Source of the DNA: a virus
Taxonomy: Duplodnaviria > Caudoviricetes
Strand: one strand, 5' to 3'
IMG/VR virus record: IMGVR_UViG_3300021560_000047
Location: 1-32,275 of that record
DNA length: 32,275 nucleotides
A program made the translations under genes and the position numbers. This document shows, piece after piece, positions 1 through 8,500 of the stretch (the stretch's first letter is position 1; each line of letters starts with the position of its first letter). The notes beneath the pieces were generated by a model. The model was not told the DNA's origin and did not search any database. It saw nothing but the letters and a program-made list of their open reading frames with translations.

Positions 1-931
1 AGGTCAAAGCGTTCATCGCCAGCGAGTTCAGCGCTGTGGCATAGACCTGGCCGGCGCCGATGGTAAAGAAAAAATAACCGTCCTGAAACTCCACCGAGGT
101 CGGCTGCGGCAAAATCCCGCCCGCATTGTAAGCCTGCGGCGCGCCGGTAAACGGCGCGCCCGGCAAGCCGCCACCGCCGGCCATTTGGCCCGACGCTGGC
201 GTGAAGGTGACGGTTTCGTTGCCGGTGCCGGTCACGACACGGGTCACCACGGTGCTGTTGCCAATGGCGCCAGCTTGCAAAATGGTCACTGCGCCCGCCG
301 CATTGGTCGCCGAAACGCTTGCCGCCAACAATGTCGCATTGCCATTGATTAGATTGGCCAGCCCAGTCCCGATCGTGGTTAGCGTTTCCGTACTGCCCAG
401 GGTATAAGTCACTGTCACCGGAAAGTTCGTGACCCCGATATTGGTAAATGTCAGCTTGACCTGATCGCCGGAATTCAGCGTCGTCCCAGCGACGGTCGCA
501 ATCACTTGCGCATTGGCCAAAACCGTGGTGTTGAGAATATAGGCGCCGACATCAGGATCGACCGCCACGACATCGGTATTGGCGGCCTTCTGGTTATGGG
601 CAATGGAGATTTTCTTGGTGCCCGGAAAGCTGCCGAGATCAGTGACATTGCCGTTCGAATCGACCGTCGAAGCCACACCGCTCCAGGTTTCGTATGAAGC
701 GCTGTGCACAATCAGGCCGCCGCGATAGCCGCTATGCACGGTCTGCGCATTGCCAAACACGCTCAGCCCCGGCGCTCGCCGCCACACCGTCGCTGCCGGC
801 GCACTTTGGCTTTGCGCATCGCCCAGCGGCTCGACATGCACGTTGATCAGTCTACCACCACTTTCCTGCGGATTGGCGCCGGGAAATGATGAGGTCGGTA
901 ACGGCACCGGCTGCGGCTGCGTCGTTGGCAT
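1..931 (-). CDS. Packaged-DNA stabilization / tail nozzle protein, P22 gp10-like (3'-partial, runs off window)
   Basis: Not in the ORF track. Manual translation from the ATG at 931 gives MPTTQPQPVPLPTSSFPGANPQESGGRLINVHVEPLG...VWRRAPGLSVFG...PQPTSVEFQDGYFFFT, open to the window edge. The GRLIN...WRRxPGL and DGYFFF motifs and the position after a gp4-like gene fit gp10-like proteins. Confidence 0.75.
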   Translation of the reverse strand, partial: MPTTQPQPVPLPTSSFPGANPQESGGRLINVHVEPLGDAQSQSAPAATVWRRAPGLSVFGNAQTVHSGYRGGLIVHSASYETWSGVASTVDSNGNVTDLGSFPGTKKISIAHNQKAANTDVVAVDPDVGAYILNTTVLANAQVIATVAGTTLNSGDQVKLTFTNIGVTNFPVTVTYTLGSTETLTTIGTGLANLINGNATLLAASVSATNAAGAVTILQAGAIGNSTVVTRVVTGTGNETVTFTPASGQMAGGGGLPGAPFTGAPQAYNAGGILPQPTSVEFQDGYFFFTIGAGQVYATALNSLAMNALT

Positions 932-1081
932 TTAGCGCTCCAAATAACGATCGACGCGGTGCAACGCCCAGCGCCACAACCACCGCGGCTGACGCTGATC
1001 GCGCGCCGCATCTTCCACCATGACGATCAGCGCCGTCAGCGCCAGCATGCACACCAGCAGCGGGCACAACCGCCATTGCAC
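932..1081 (-). CDS. Small putative membrane protein (49 aa)
   Basis: GTG start at 1081 gives MQWRLCPLLVCMLALTALIVMVEDAARDQRQPRWLWRWALHRVDRYLER*. It exactly fills the gap between the flanking genes (stop at 1083, start at 931) and has one hydrophobic segment. Confidence 0.45.
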   Translation of the reverse strand: MQWRLCPLLVCMLALTALIVMVEDAARDQRQPRWLWRWALHRVDRYLER

Positions 1082-1082
1082 G

Positions 1083-1484
1083 TTAAAAATAATGCGTTTG
1101 CAGGGTTTCAAAGGTCGGTCGGCCGCGCGTCATGATTTTCAAGCTCATTGCCGCAGTGCCGGCGCCGACCGGCACATTGCCGGCACCGCCGAGACCGGCA
1201 TTGGTTAATTTCACATAGTCGTCCGGAGTGCAACCAAACTTCACGCAGCAAGCGCCGGCGACGATGTTGACCAAATCGTCGAACCAAGCGCCGGGGATAT
1301 TTTGCGCGTCCGGCACATAGACGATTTCCAGCGCCGCCAACTTGCGCAAAATGCTATCCAGCTTGCTGTTGATCCAATCGAAATCTTCCGGATCGGCCGC
1401 CTGGCCGGCTTCCAGCACGCCGAGCGTCGCCAAGGCCTCAGTGACCAATTCGGTGGCATTGCGAAACGGCGAGGTCGCAGACAT
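1083..1484 (-). CDS. Head-tail adaptor / head completion protein, P22 gp4-like
   Basis: 133 aa. The N-terminal ELVTEALATLGVLEAGQAADPED...LDSIL pattern is typical of gp4-like adaptors, and the gene lies between the capsid and gp10-like genes. Confidence 0.75.
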   Translation of the reverse strand: MSATSPFRNATELVTEALATLGVLEAGQAADPEDFDWINSKLDSILRKLAALEIVYVPDAQNIPGAWFDDLVNIVAGACCVKFGCTPDDYVKLTNAGLGGAGNVPVGAGTAAMSLKIMTRGRPTFETLQTHYF

Positions 1485-1491
1485 TTATGGA

Positions 1492-2070
1492 TTACCCGCC
1501 AAACTCTTTGACTTCCATGGCATTGACGCCAACCCACGGCTTTTGAAACACGCCGTGCTCGACCCACAGACCAGCAACTTGTTTTTCTGTCAAGCCGTCG
1601 ATCTTGGCGAGCTCGGCCAGCCGCGGCTCGATCAAGCTGCCCAGCCAATCAAAATCGTCGCTGCCGACTTCGCATTCATGGCGCAATTGGGTATCGCGCA
1701 CCCAGAGCCGGATAATATCGCGCACCGATTGCGCCCGATTCAGCCAAGCGATGCAGTGGGCGCGGTATTGCTTGTCGGTCTTGGGCGCTGGCGCCACGAT
1801 TTTATCCAGCTTGGCGGGATCGAACTCGCCGACCACAAACGATTTGTTGCCGCGCACCATATCAATCCACGATGCCTTGGCCTCGACGCGCTGCGGCACA
1901 TGCGCTTGAAACGTAAAGCCGGCAAACCGCACCTTAGCGGGACCGCTATCGCCCGGCACATAAGTGATCAGCTCACTGAGCAACGGATCATCCGGCGTCA
2001 TATCCGGCGGCAGCATTGGCGTGCCGCGCGGGCCGCGCTTGTCATTTTGTTTGTCACTTTGCAGTGTCAT
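1492..2070 (-). CDS. Hypothetical phage protein (192 aa)
   Basis: A strong RBS (AAGGAGG) precedes the ATG at 2070 (MTLQSDKQ...), so the start is shortened relative to the track ORF 1492..2217. Confidence 0.75.
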   Translation of the reverse strand: MTLQSDKQNDKRGPRGTPMLPPDMTPDDPLLSELITYVPGDSGPAKVRFAGFTFQAHVPQRVEAKASWIDMVRGNKSFVVGEFDPAKLDKIVAPAPKTDKQYRAHCIAWLNRAQSVRDIIRLWVRDTQLRHECEVGSDDFDWLGSLIEPRLAELAKIDGLTEKQVAGLWVEHGVFQKPWVGVNAMEVKEFGG

Positions 2071-2094
2071 CGCCTGTCCTCCTTTTGGTCGGGC

Positions 2095-2131
2095 AAAAGA
2101 ACCCCAGCCAAAATGGCCAAAGGCTGGGGTT
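2095..2131 (-). terminator. Rho-independent terminator after the capsid/decoration genes
   Basis: The minus strand reads AACCCCAGCC-tttggccatttt-GGCTGGGGTT followed by CTTTT, a 10-bp perfect stem plus U-tract. This is the usual site for attenuating transcription after high-copy capsid genes. Confidence 0.75.
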
Positions 2132-2194
2132 GAGGTAGTCCCCGACGCTGCCCAACAGATCGCCGGGGACGATCGCCGCGGGGAGGACCACGGC

Positions 2195-2713
2195 TTACAT
2201 GTCGTTGTTGGGCGCAAAGGCGATGATGCAGGTCACCGACCCGGCAGTCGCCGCCGTGCCCGACAAGTTCAACTTGACATAGAGCGTCACTTGACTCGTG
2301 GTGGTTGCCGCCACGCCTGCGCCCGGCAAGCTCGCACCCGACGACAGAAACGTCGCGCCGGTCGCCGTCAGGGTGACGCCGGCCGTGGTCATGATTTCGT
2401 TGGCACTGGCCAACGAAGTGCCGATCGACATGGTGTTGGTGGTGCCGGCGTTGAACGCCGTCGTCACATTGCACGAGATATACTGGATGTAGGTCAGTTG
2501 CCCCATCGCGCCGAAGATTTGCGCGGTGGTCGCCACCCGTGGGTCGTTGTAGTTCAGCGTGAAGCGATAATAGTGCACCGCCTGCACGCCAAAAAACCGA
2601 ACCACCGGGGTTCTGCTTTGATCGACATTGAGCGCGATCGCCGGCGCCAACATCGTCAATTCGGCGACGACGAGCGCCAAGCCAAGTGCGAGCAGCTTTT
2701 TGAAGCGTGTCAT
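2195..2713 (-). CDS. Putative capsid decoration/cement protein with N-terminal signal peptide (172 aa)
   Basis: Lies immediately downstream of the major capsid gene and before the terminator, with RBS AAGGAG. It has a beta-rich jelly-roll-like body, an N-terminus MTRFKKLLALGLALVVAELTMLAPAIA-L, and two Cys. Confidence 0.7.
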   Translation of the reverse strand: MTRFKKLLALGLALVVAELTMLAPAIALNVDQSRTPVVRFFGVQAVHYYRFTLNYNDPRVATTAQIFGAMGQLTYIQYISCNVTTAFNAGTTNTMSIGTSLASANEIMTTAGVTLTATGATFLSSGASLPGAGVAATTTSQVTLYVKLNLSGTAATAGSVTCIIAFAPNNDM

Positions 2714-2736
2714 GATGTGATCTCCTTTGCTCGCTC

Positions 2737-3900
2737 TTAGTTGTCCGCCACCGCGGCGAAAAACCCAGTGTAGACGCCCCAGTCCTTAAAATTTCCCGCG
2801 GCGTTGAGTTTGGCGATTTTCGCCACCCCATAGGCCATTTTGATACCGGCACCGCGATTGAACTGATAATCGTCTTCCTTGAGGAAGGTTGGCGTCGGCA
2901 TTTTGCCCCAGCACCACGCCACTGCGCCTTGGCCGCAGAGATGCGCGGGAGCGACTTGAATGCCGGTGTTACCGGCCGTGGCGTAGAAGGTCGGCAACCG
3001 CATCGATAGCTCAGGCACTTCCCGGATGATCACGCCGTTGTACAACAAATCGCCGTCCACGAAAATCGGGTTTTTCAGATAACCCTGATTTTCACGGGCC
3101 CGCGAGTTTTGGTTGGCGGTCTTGATATCGGTGTCGTTGGAAGCGTCCCGGAATTGCTCTTGACCAACAAACAGCACGAACCACTCGGTGCCGTTTTCCT
3201 TGAGCTTGTACGGCCTGATCCGCGGATTGGCTTTTTTCGCCGACCGCTTCATCCGCATCACCAACGCGCCCGACAAGGTCATCGCCGAGGTAATGTTCGC
3301 CATCGAGCCGGAGAAGTTGCCAGCCACTAAGTTGGCGGTATTGCCCGAACCGATCAACACCCGATCAGCATTGTCGGTCAGCCAGGTGTTGCGCTGCGCC
3401 GCGCTCGCGGCATCAAACAACAAGCCGTTGACACGTTGGCCGTTGGTCGAGCCGAGACCGTTGGGCGCGGCTTGCGACGGCACCGCATAGAGCGAGTCGC
3501 AAATTTCGTCGCGTTGCAGCTCCTTGCCCCAATCGACGATCATCGGCTTGGCTTCGGCAAACAAGTCGATCGAGGATTTCTGCTCTTCGGCGTTGTTGAT
3601 CTTGACGGCATTGCGCGCCCAATCGATCCAAATCCGCATGCCGTAATTATCAAGCGCCTCTTCGTTGCCGACCAGTTGCCCGGTGGAGATGGCTTGGGCA
3701 TTCATCCGCGCCATCAGCGGCACGTTGATCTGTTCGCCGCCATTCTTGCCGCCCTTGTCGAGGTCGGGAATGACGCGAATGACCGAGGTGATATCCGTAC
3801 CCATGTACGGACTGAACAAGTTTTCACGAACGTATTCGTGAAACACCTGCCGTCGAAAGACGATAAGTTTGTTGTTGGTTTGGGTGACAGTGAGTGCCAT
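2737..3900 (-). CDS. Major capsid protein, N4-gp56/DUF4043-like family
   Basis: 387 aa with RBS AAGGAGGT. Motifs include EYVRENLFSPYMG, LVGNEEAL, RNAVK, GDLLYNGVIIREVP, LCGQGAVAWCWG and EDDYQFNRGAGIKMAYGVAK. It follows the scaffold gene. Confidence 0.9.
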   Translation of the reverse strand: MALTVTQTNNKLIVFRRQVFHEYVRENLFSPYMGTDITSVIRVIPDLDKGGKNGGEQINVPLMARMNAQAISTGQLVGNEEALDNYGMRIWIDWARNAVKINNAEEQKSSIDLFAEAKPMIVDWGKELQRDEICDSLYAVPSQAAPNGLGSTNGQRVNGLLFDAASAAQRNTWLTDNADRVLIGSGNTANLVAGNFSGSMANITSAMTLSGALVMRMKRSAKKANPRIRPYKLKENGTEWFVLFVGQEQFRDASNDTDIKTANQNSRARENQGYLKNPIFVDGDLLYNGVIIREVPELSMRLPTFYATAGNTGIQVAPAHLCGQGAVAWCWGKMPTPTFLKEDDYQFNRGAGIKMAYGVAKIAKLNAAGNFKDWGVYTGFFAAVADN

Positions 3901-3942
3901 CCCGCACCTCCTTTGCTATCGGCGCGCAGCTAACCTGATATG

Positions 3943-5079
3943 CTAGCGCCAGGCTGAATCAAACACCGCGCGGTCGGAATCGTCCCCGGCCAACGGATCG
4001 ATGCGGCTGCGTTCGGCCGACGATCCGGCGGCACCGTTGAGCGATTTCGGCAAGCGGGTTATGGTTCGTGCTGGTTTGCCAGTTTCACCGGCGGCTTCGC
4101 TCCGCAACTCCGCCATGAAGGCTTTGCGAAACTCCGGGTCTTTAACCAAGGCATCGCGGGTTTCCTGAGCGACGCGGCGGTCATGATCGTCCAGCGACTC
4201 GTTGCCAAGCCGCTGATCACGTTCGACGCGTTTATGCCATTGCACCAAGGCTTCGCCGGGATTCGGCGAGGTAAAGATGCGTTGCACCGTATCGCGGGTT
4301 TCCGGCGTGTTCGGCGGCAGCTTGTTGGCCGCCTCAAAGGCTCTGGCGAAATCCTCTTTGTGGATCGCATGCGCGATCGCCAACGAGTTTTCCACCCGCA
4401 TTTGATTGAGCAAAGCCCCGAACTGCGCCCGATCGGCCTCGCGGCCGCGACCAATGTATTCGACAAAGCCTTGCGGATTTTCGAATAAATCGGGCGGTTG
4501 ATCGGGCTGCGGCGTTGGCGGCGACGCCACCTGCGGTGCCTGCGGCGCGCGGCCTTGCAGCGCCGTCATTAAGCCGGTCATTTGCGCCCGCAGCTCGGCG
4601 ATATCGCGTTGCGCTTGCTCGCGCTGCGTTTGCAGCTCGCGCTCGGCGCGTTCCGCCCGCTCGGTCTGCTCGCGCAGCCGACCCGACGGCACCCGACCTT
4701 CCGGCTTGGTTTCCGGCTTGGCGTCCGGCTGGGCCGCTTGCGGCTCCTCGCCTTCGGCGTCCTCGGCTTCCTCGCCTTCGGCTTCTTCGGCGTCGTCTTC
4801 GCCTTCCTCACTGTCTTCGCCTTGGTCGCCCTCTTCAGTCTCCTCGCCTTCGGACTCCTCGTCCTCGTCCGGTTCGGCTTCGGACTCGTCCTCGTCCGGC
4901 GATTCGTGCTGACCTTCCAGCCCTTCGCCCTGTGTTTCCAAGGAGCGATCGCCGGTTGGATCGAGCGGCCCGCTATCGTCGCTTTCGCGACCCTTCATGC
5001 CATAGTCAAAGATTTCCTTCTCGGTGTAAGCGATTGCCTCACCGATCGCGTCGTTGAGTTCTTGTTCGCGCGTCGCCAT
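3943..5079 (-). CDS. Capsid scaffolding protein (378 aa)
   Basis: Start MATREQ at 5079 after GAGG. It has a very acidic Glu/Asp tract, then a VPSGRLREQTER coiled coil, PDLFENPQGF and a C-terminal ...AVFDSAWR. It lies directly upstream of the major capsid gene. Confidence 0.82.
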   Translation of the reverse strand: MATREQELNDAIGEAIAYTEKEIFDYGMKGRESDDSGPLDPTGDRSLETQGEGLEGQHESPDEDESEAEPDEDEESEGEETEEGDQGEDSEEGEDDAEEAEGEEAEDAEGEEPQAAQPDAKPETKPEGRVPSGRLREQTERAERAERELQTQREQAQRDIAELRAQMTGLMTALQGRAPQAPQVASPPTPQPDQPPDLFENPQGFVEYIGRGREADRAQFGALLNQMRVENSLAIAHAIHKEDFARAFEAANKLPPNTPETRDTVQRIFTSPNPGEALVQWHKRVERDQRLGNESLDDHDRRVAQETRDALVKDPEFRKAFMAELRSEAAGETGKPARTITRLPKSLNGAAGSSAERSRIDPLAGDDSDRAVFDSAWR

Positions 5080-5094
5080 GTGGCAAACCTCTTC

Positions 5095-5245
5095 TGCTCT
5101 CACCTATCGTGGTGAGCACGGCGGTTCTTATTTTGCTGACGTTTGCTGCCAGAACCGAAAGCCAGGCAGTGCGCCGTGTCGCGGTCGCCTGCGGCGGATG
5201 TGAAGCGGCCACCCGGAAGCCGTGCGCCGTATCGTGGCGCTGACG
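5095..5245 (-). promoter_or_regulatory. Structured 5' leader of the scaffold gene (repeated hairpins)
   Basis: On the mRNA: CTCACC-ACGATA-GGTGAG (5116-5099), GCGCC-ACGATAC-GGCGC (5240-5224), an imperfect GCGACC-GCGACAC-GGCGC (5188-5171), and a CGGTTCT/AGAACCG stem (5157-5122). Confidence 0.5.
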
Positions 5246-5249
5246 AGCG

Positions 5250-5519
5250 TTAATTCTTGATCGCTGGCGCTTGGGTCATGGCCAGCAATTGATCGATCGC
5301 GGCTTTCAGCGAGCCGAGCGCTTGTGGCGAGCAGCGCAGATGGCCGACGCAGACCACATCGAAGCTGCAACTGCCGTCCGGCTTTGGCAGCACCACCGGC
5401 GCCGCCAGCTCGATCATCATGATGCCGTTGACGACGCCGAAACTCGGCGCCACGTCAAAGAACACCGTCGGCGCGGCGGCAGAATTCTTCATTAACGGCG
5501 GGCTAGGCGGCATTGTCAT
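5250..5519 (-). CDS. Hypothetical phage protein (89 aa)
   Basis: ATGA overlap with the upstream gene. The APTVFFD...GHLRCSPQALGSLKAAIDQLL pattern looks like a compact folded protein seen in alphaproteobacterial phages. Confidence 0.7.
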   Translation of the reverse strand: MTMPPSPPLMKNSAAAPTVFFDVAPSFGVVNGIMMIELAAPVVLPKPDGSCSFDVVCVGHLRCSPQALGSLKAAIDQLLAMTQAPAIKN

Positions 5520-8500
5520 CGGTTGTAAGCCTTGGCGTTAATGTTGTCCCACAAGAATGAACTGTCATTCTTTGCTGCGTCCTGAGCGCCGCCGCCGAAA
5601 TGCATGAAAAACTGTAGGCCGACTGAGACGCCGCCGCTCGAGGCCGGACAGTTGGTCGTTGACCCAGAAGGAAAATTACTCGAGGCCGGTATCGCTGCGC
5701 CATTCCCGGCGCCAAGACAGCTAAAGGGATTGGCCCGCGAAATCGTCAGATACTCGGTCTCTATACCACCGATCGTAACATATGAGCGCATGAACCCATA
5801 AGGCCCCTGAGCAATGATGCTGTGATAGTGATAATAAGTGCCAGCGTCCAGCCGCGGCCCATGGCCGCCACGGATACCGGTAACCATCGAGGGCGACACC
5901 GTCCCAATAGCGCAAAGTGGCGGCACGGCACCGAGACCAAAATGACATCCAGCACTCGAGTTGACCTGCCAACCCACGTCGGCCAAATCAGGACTCATAT
6001 CAAACGACGTTGCTGGATTTGGGCAAACCTCATTGACCGCCGTTCCGCCGATACAATAATAAAGATTTTCAAAACCTTGGGCTGCGTTTGTATTGTAATC
6101 GACGAACCCACTCGGAATGCCGACTTTGGCGAGCGACGTCAGATCGAAATTCGCCGACACATTGGGAGTCAACCCCAAATTCTCATCATACTGCCAGTCA
6201 ATGACATTGTAGGGCGTTTGCAAAAAGATATTACCGAACGGTGCGCCTTGGCCGTTGACGTGCTCATTTTGGCTGTAAGTGCCTTGCGACAAAATGGCTT
6301 GCATCGCGCGCCCCGGATTACCGTGGCCGTTAACGATCCAAAGCGCCTTCGGTGCCGGGACGCAGCCCGATGTTGCGACACTACCGCTAGTGACTTCGCA
6401 AGGCGTGTTGTTCGATGAATGGACATAATTTTGGTTGTCGTAGCCGGTGACGCCCGAACCAGCGAACACCTGTCCCATGACGGGAATCGAGATCTGCGTG
6501 CCGGTCGTCACACTGGCGGCGCTGCCGGAATCAAAATCCCACGTCATATTGAAGATCGGCGTGACCACGGTTTGCGCCGTCATGAAATAATTTTTTTGAT
6601 TGGTGCTCAGTGCGTTCTGAATCGCTGTGCTGGGGCTTCCGGCACCGAATCCCGCCTCGCATATGATGCCTTCAAACAGCACCGAATTGGGCACGTAGAC
6701 CGCGCCCAAGGTCACGCCGGCCGCGGCGACCGTGGTGCCAGCATTACCGGTAACGGCGGTGCCGCCATCCACACTGATGCTCGATGACGCGCCGTTCACA
6801 ACAGCCTGAACGGCATGGGGCGCATGATCTTCTTCGCCAGCGCTGATAAACGATCCGGCTTGAACATTGATGTTGTTGCCAGGCGTCGTGCTGCCCCACT
6901 GGTACGGCGCGGCAAAGACTAAGTTGGGGAATCCGCCGCTCGCGCCAAAAGCCAAGTTCGAATAAGAGCTATATTGTTGCTGATTATTGGGATTGTAACC
7001 ATAGCGTGAGCCGGCGCCTTGATTGACGCCAACCCAACTCATGGTCAGCGGTAGCGCCGGCCATAAATTCGTTGCGGTCGAAGCCAACGCCGCGCCCGGA
7101 TCGTTGAAATACATACAGGCCCGCGTCGAACCGAGAATCGGCAAGGTGCCGGCGATCAAATAGGGCCGGTTGGCGATCGTCGCTTGCGTTACTGGCGCAC
7201 CGGCACTGGGATTGCTGACGCTGTTGTTGCGCAAGTCATAAGCGGTCTTGATGGTACAGGCGCTGGTGCTGATGCCGGCATTGATATAGGTGGTTCGCGG
7301 ACTCGGGCAGGTCACGCCAGTGACGCCGATAGTGGCTGACTTCAAATCGCCCGTGCTGGAATCGCTGAACAGGTCAGCACAGCCAGCGTCAGTGTTGGTG
7401 CTGAGGTTGGAGACGCAGACATTATATAACGGTTGACCCACGGTCGCACTCGAATAAGCGCGACTGCCGTACCAATGACTATAAGACGCAATATCACCCG
7501 CGCCCTGATAGGTGCCGCCGCTCGGCGGCGGCGCCGGCGGCACGTTCCACCAGGCGAGCTGATTGCTGGTCAGCGTGGCGTTATTGCTGCTGACATCGCT
7601 GGCATAGTAACCGACCTCGCAAACAACGCCGGTCATGTATTGGCTCTGACTGAGATCGCCGCCGACTTCGATATTGGCGCTCCACAGCAACGTGCCGGGA
7701 TTGACGCCCACCGGTGTGGCGCCATCAACCATAATATTTGAGCCGGTACCGGCCGCAGCAAACAGCGCTTGCACCACATGCGGCGCATTGTCAGTCGCCG
7801 TTACCGTCACGAGCGTACCCGCATAAGCCTCCAGCGTGTTCGCGGTATTGTTGAAACCGAGATTCAGACTGTTGCTTGAATCGCTGCGCAGCACGGCGTT
7901 ATATTGCGTGATGTTGCCAGTGCGCTCAGCAACAAACGTCTGCGTCGAAGCCCCGGTACTCCAGGTCGGGGTTGGACCGGCCAATAACTGTCCGCCGTTA
8001 AAGCTCAAACAATAATGGCCCGAACCAAAGGCGTTCGGTTGAAACGTCGGCTGTCTGCTGCTGGTGGCTTGGGTGATCGGATTGCCGGCACTCGGCGCGG
8101 CGACACTATTATGCGCCAGATCGTACAGCGTCTGAATGCTGCAACCGCTGCCACCCGGGCAGGTAATGCCGGTCGTGCCGATGGCCGCCGGCACCAAATC
8201 GCCGTTGCTGACCGAGCTGAACAGGTCGGCGCATTGGCCGCTGACACAGGCGCGCAGCACCGGATTGCCGCGGGTCACTGCGGAATAAGCCCGGGTGCCG
8301 TAAAACGCCGTGTAAGTGGGGTTGATATCACCGGCGCCAGTATAGGCAGGATTATTGACCGTAATTGCCAGCGAAGCCGTGCCATTGCCGGCCGCATTGC
8401 TGCCGATCGCGGCGATGGTGTGGGGGCCATTTTTGAGGCTGTCGGTGTTGAACGTCGTGCTATAGGGCGAGCTGCCGGTCACCGGCGCGCCGATATTGTT

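Noticed and set aside
852-1076. Track ORF of 74 aa
   Set aside because: It overlaps the gp10-like gene start by 80 nt. The alternative frame 932..1081 fits the gap exactly.
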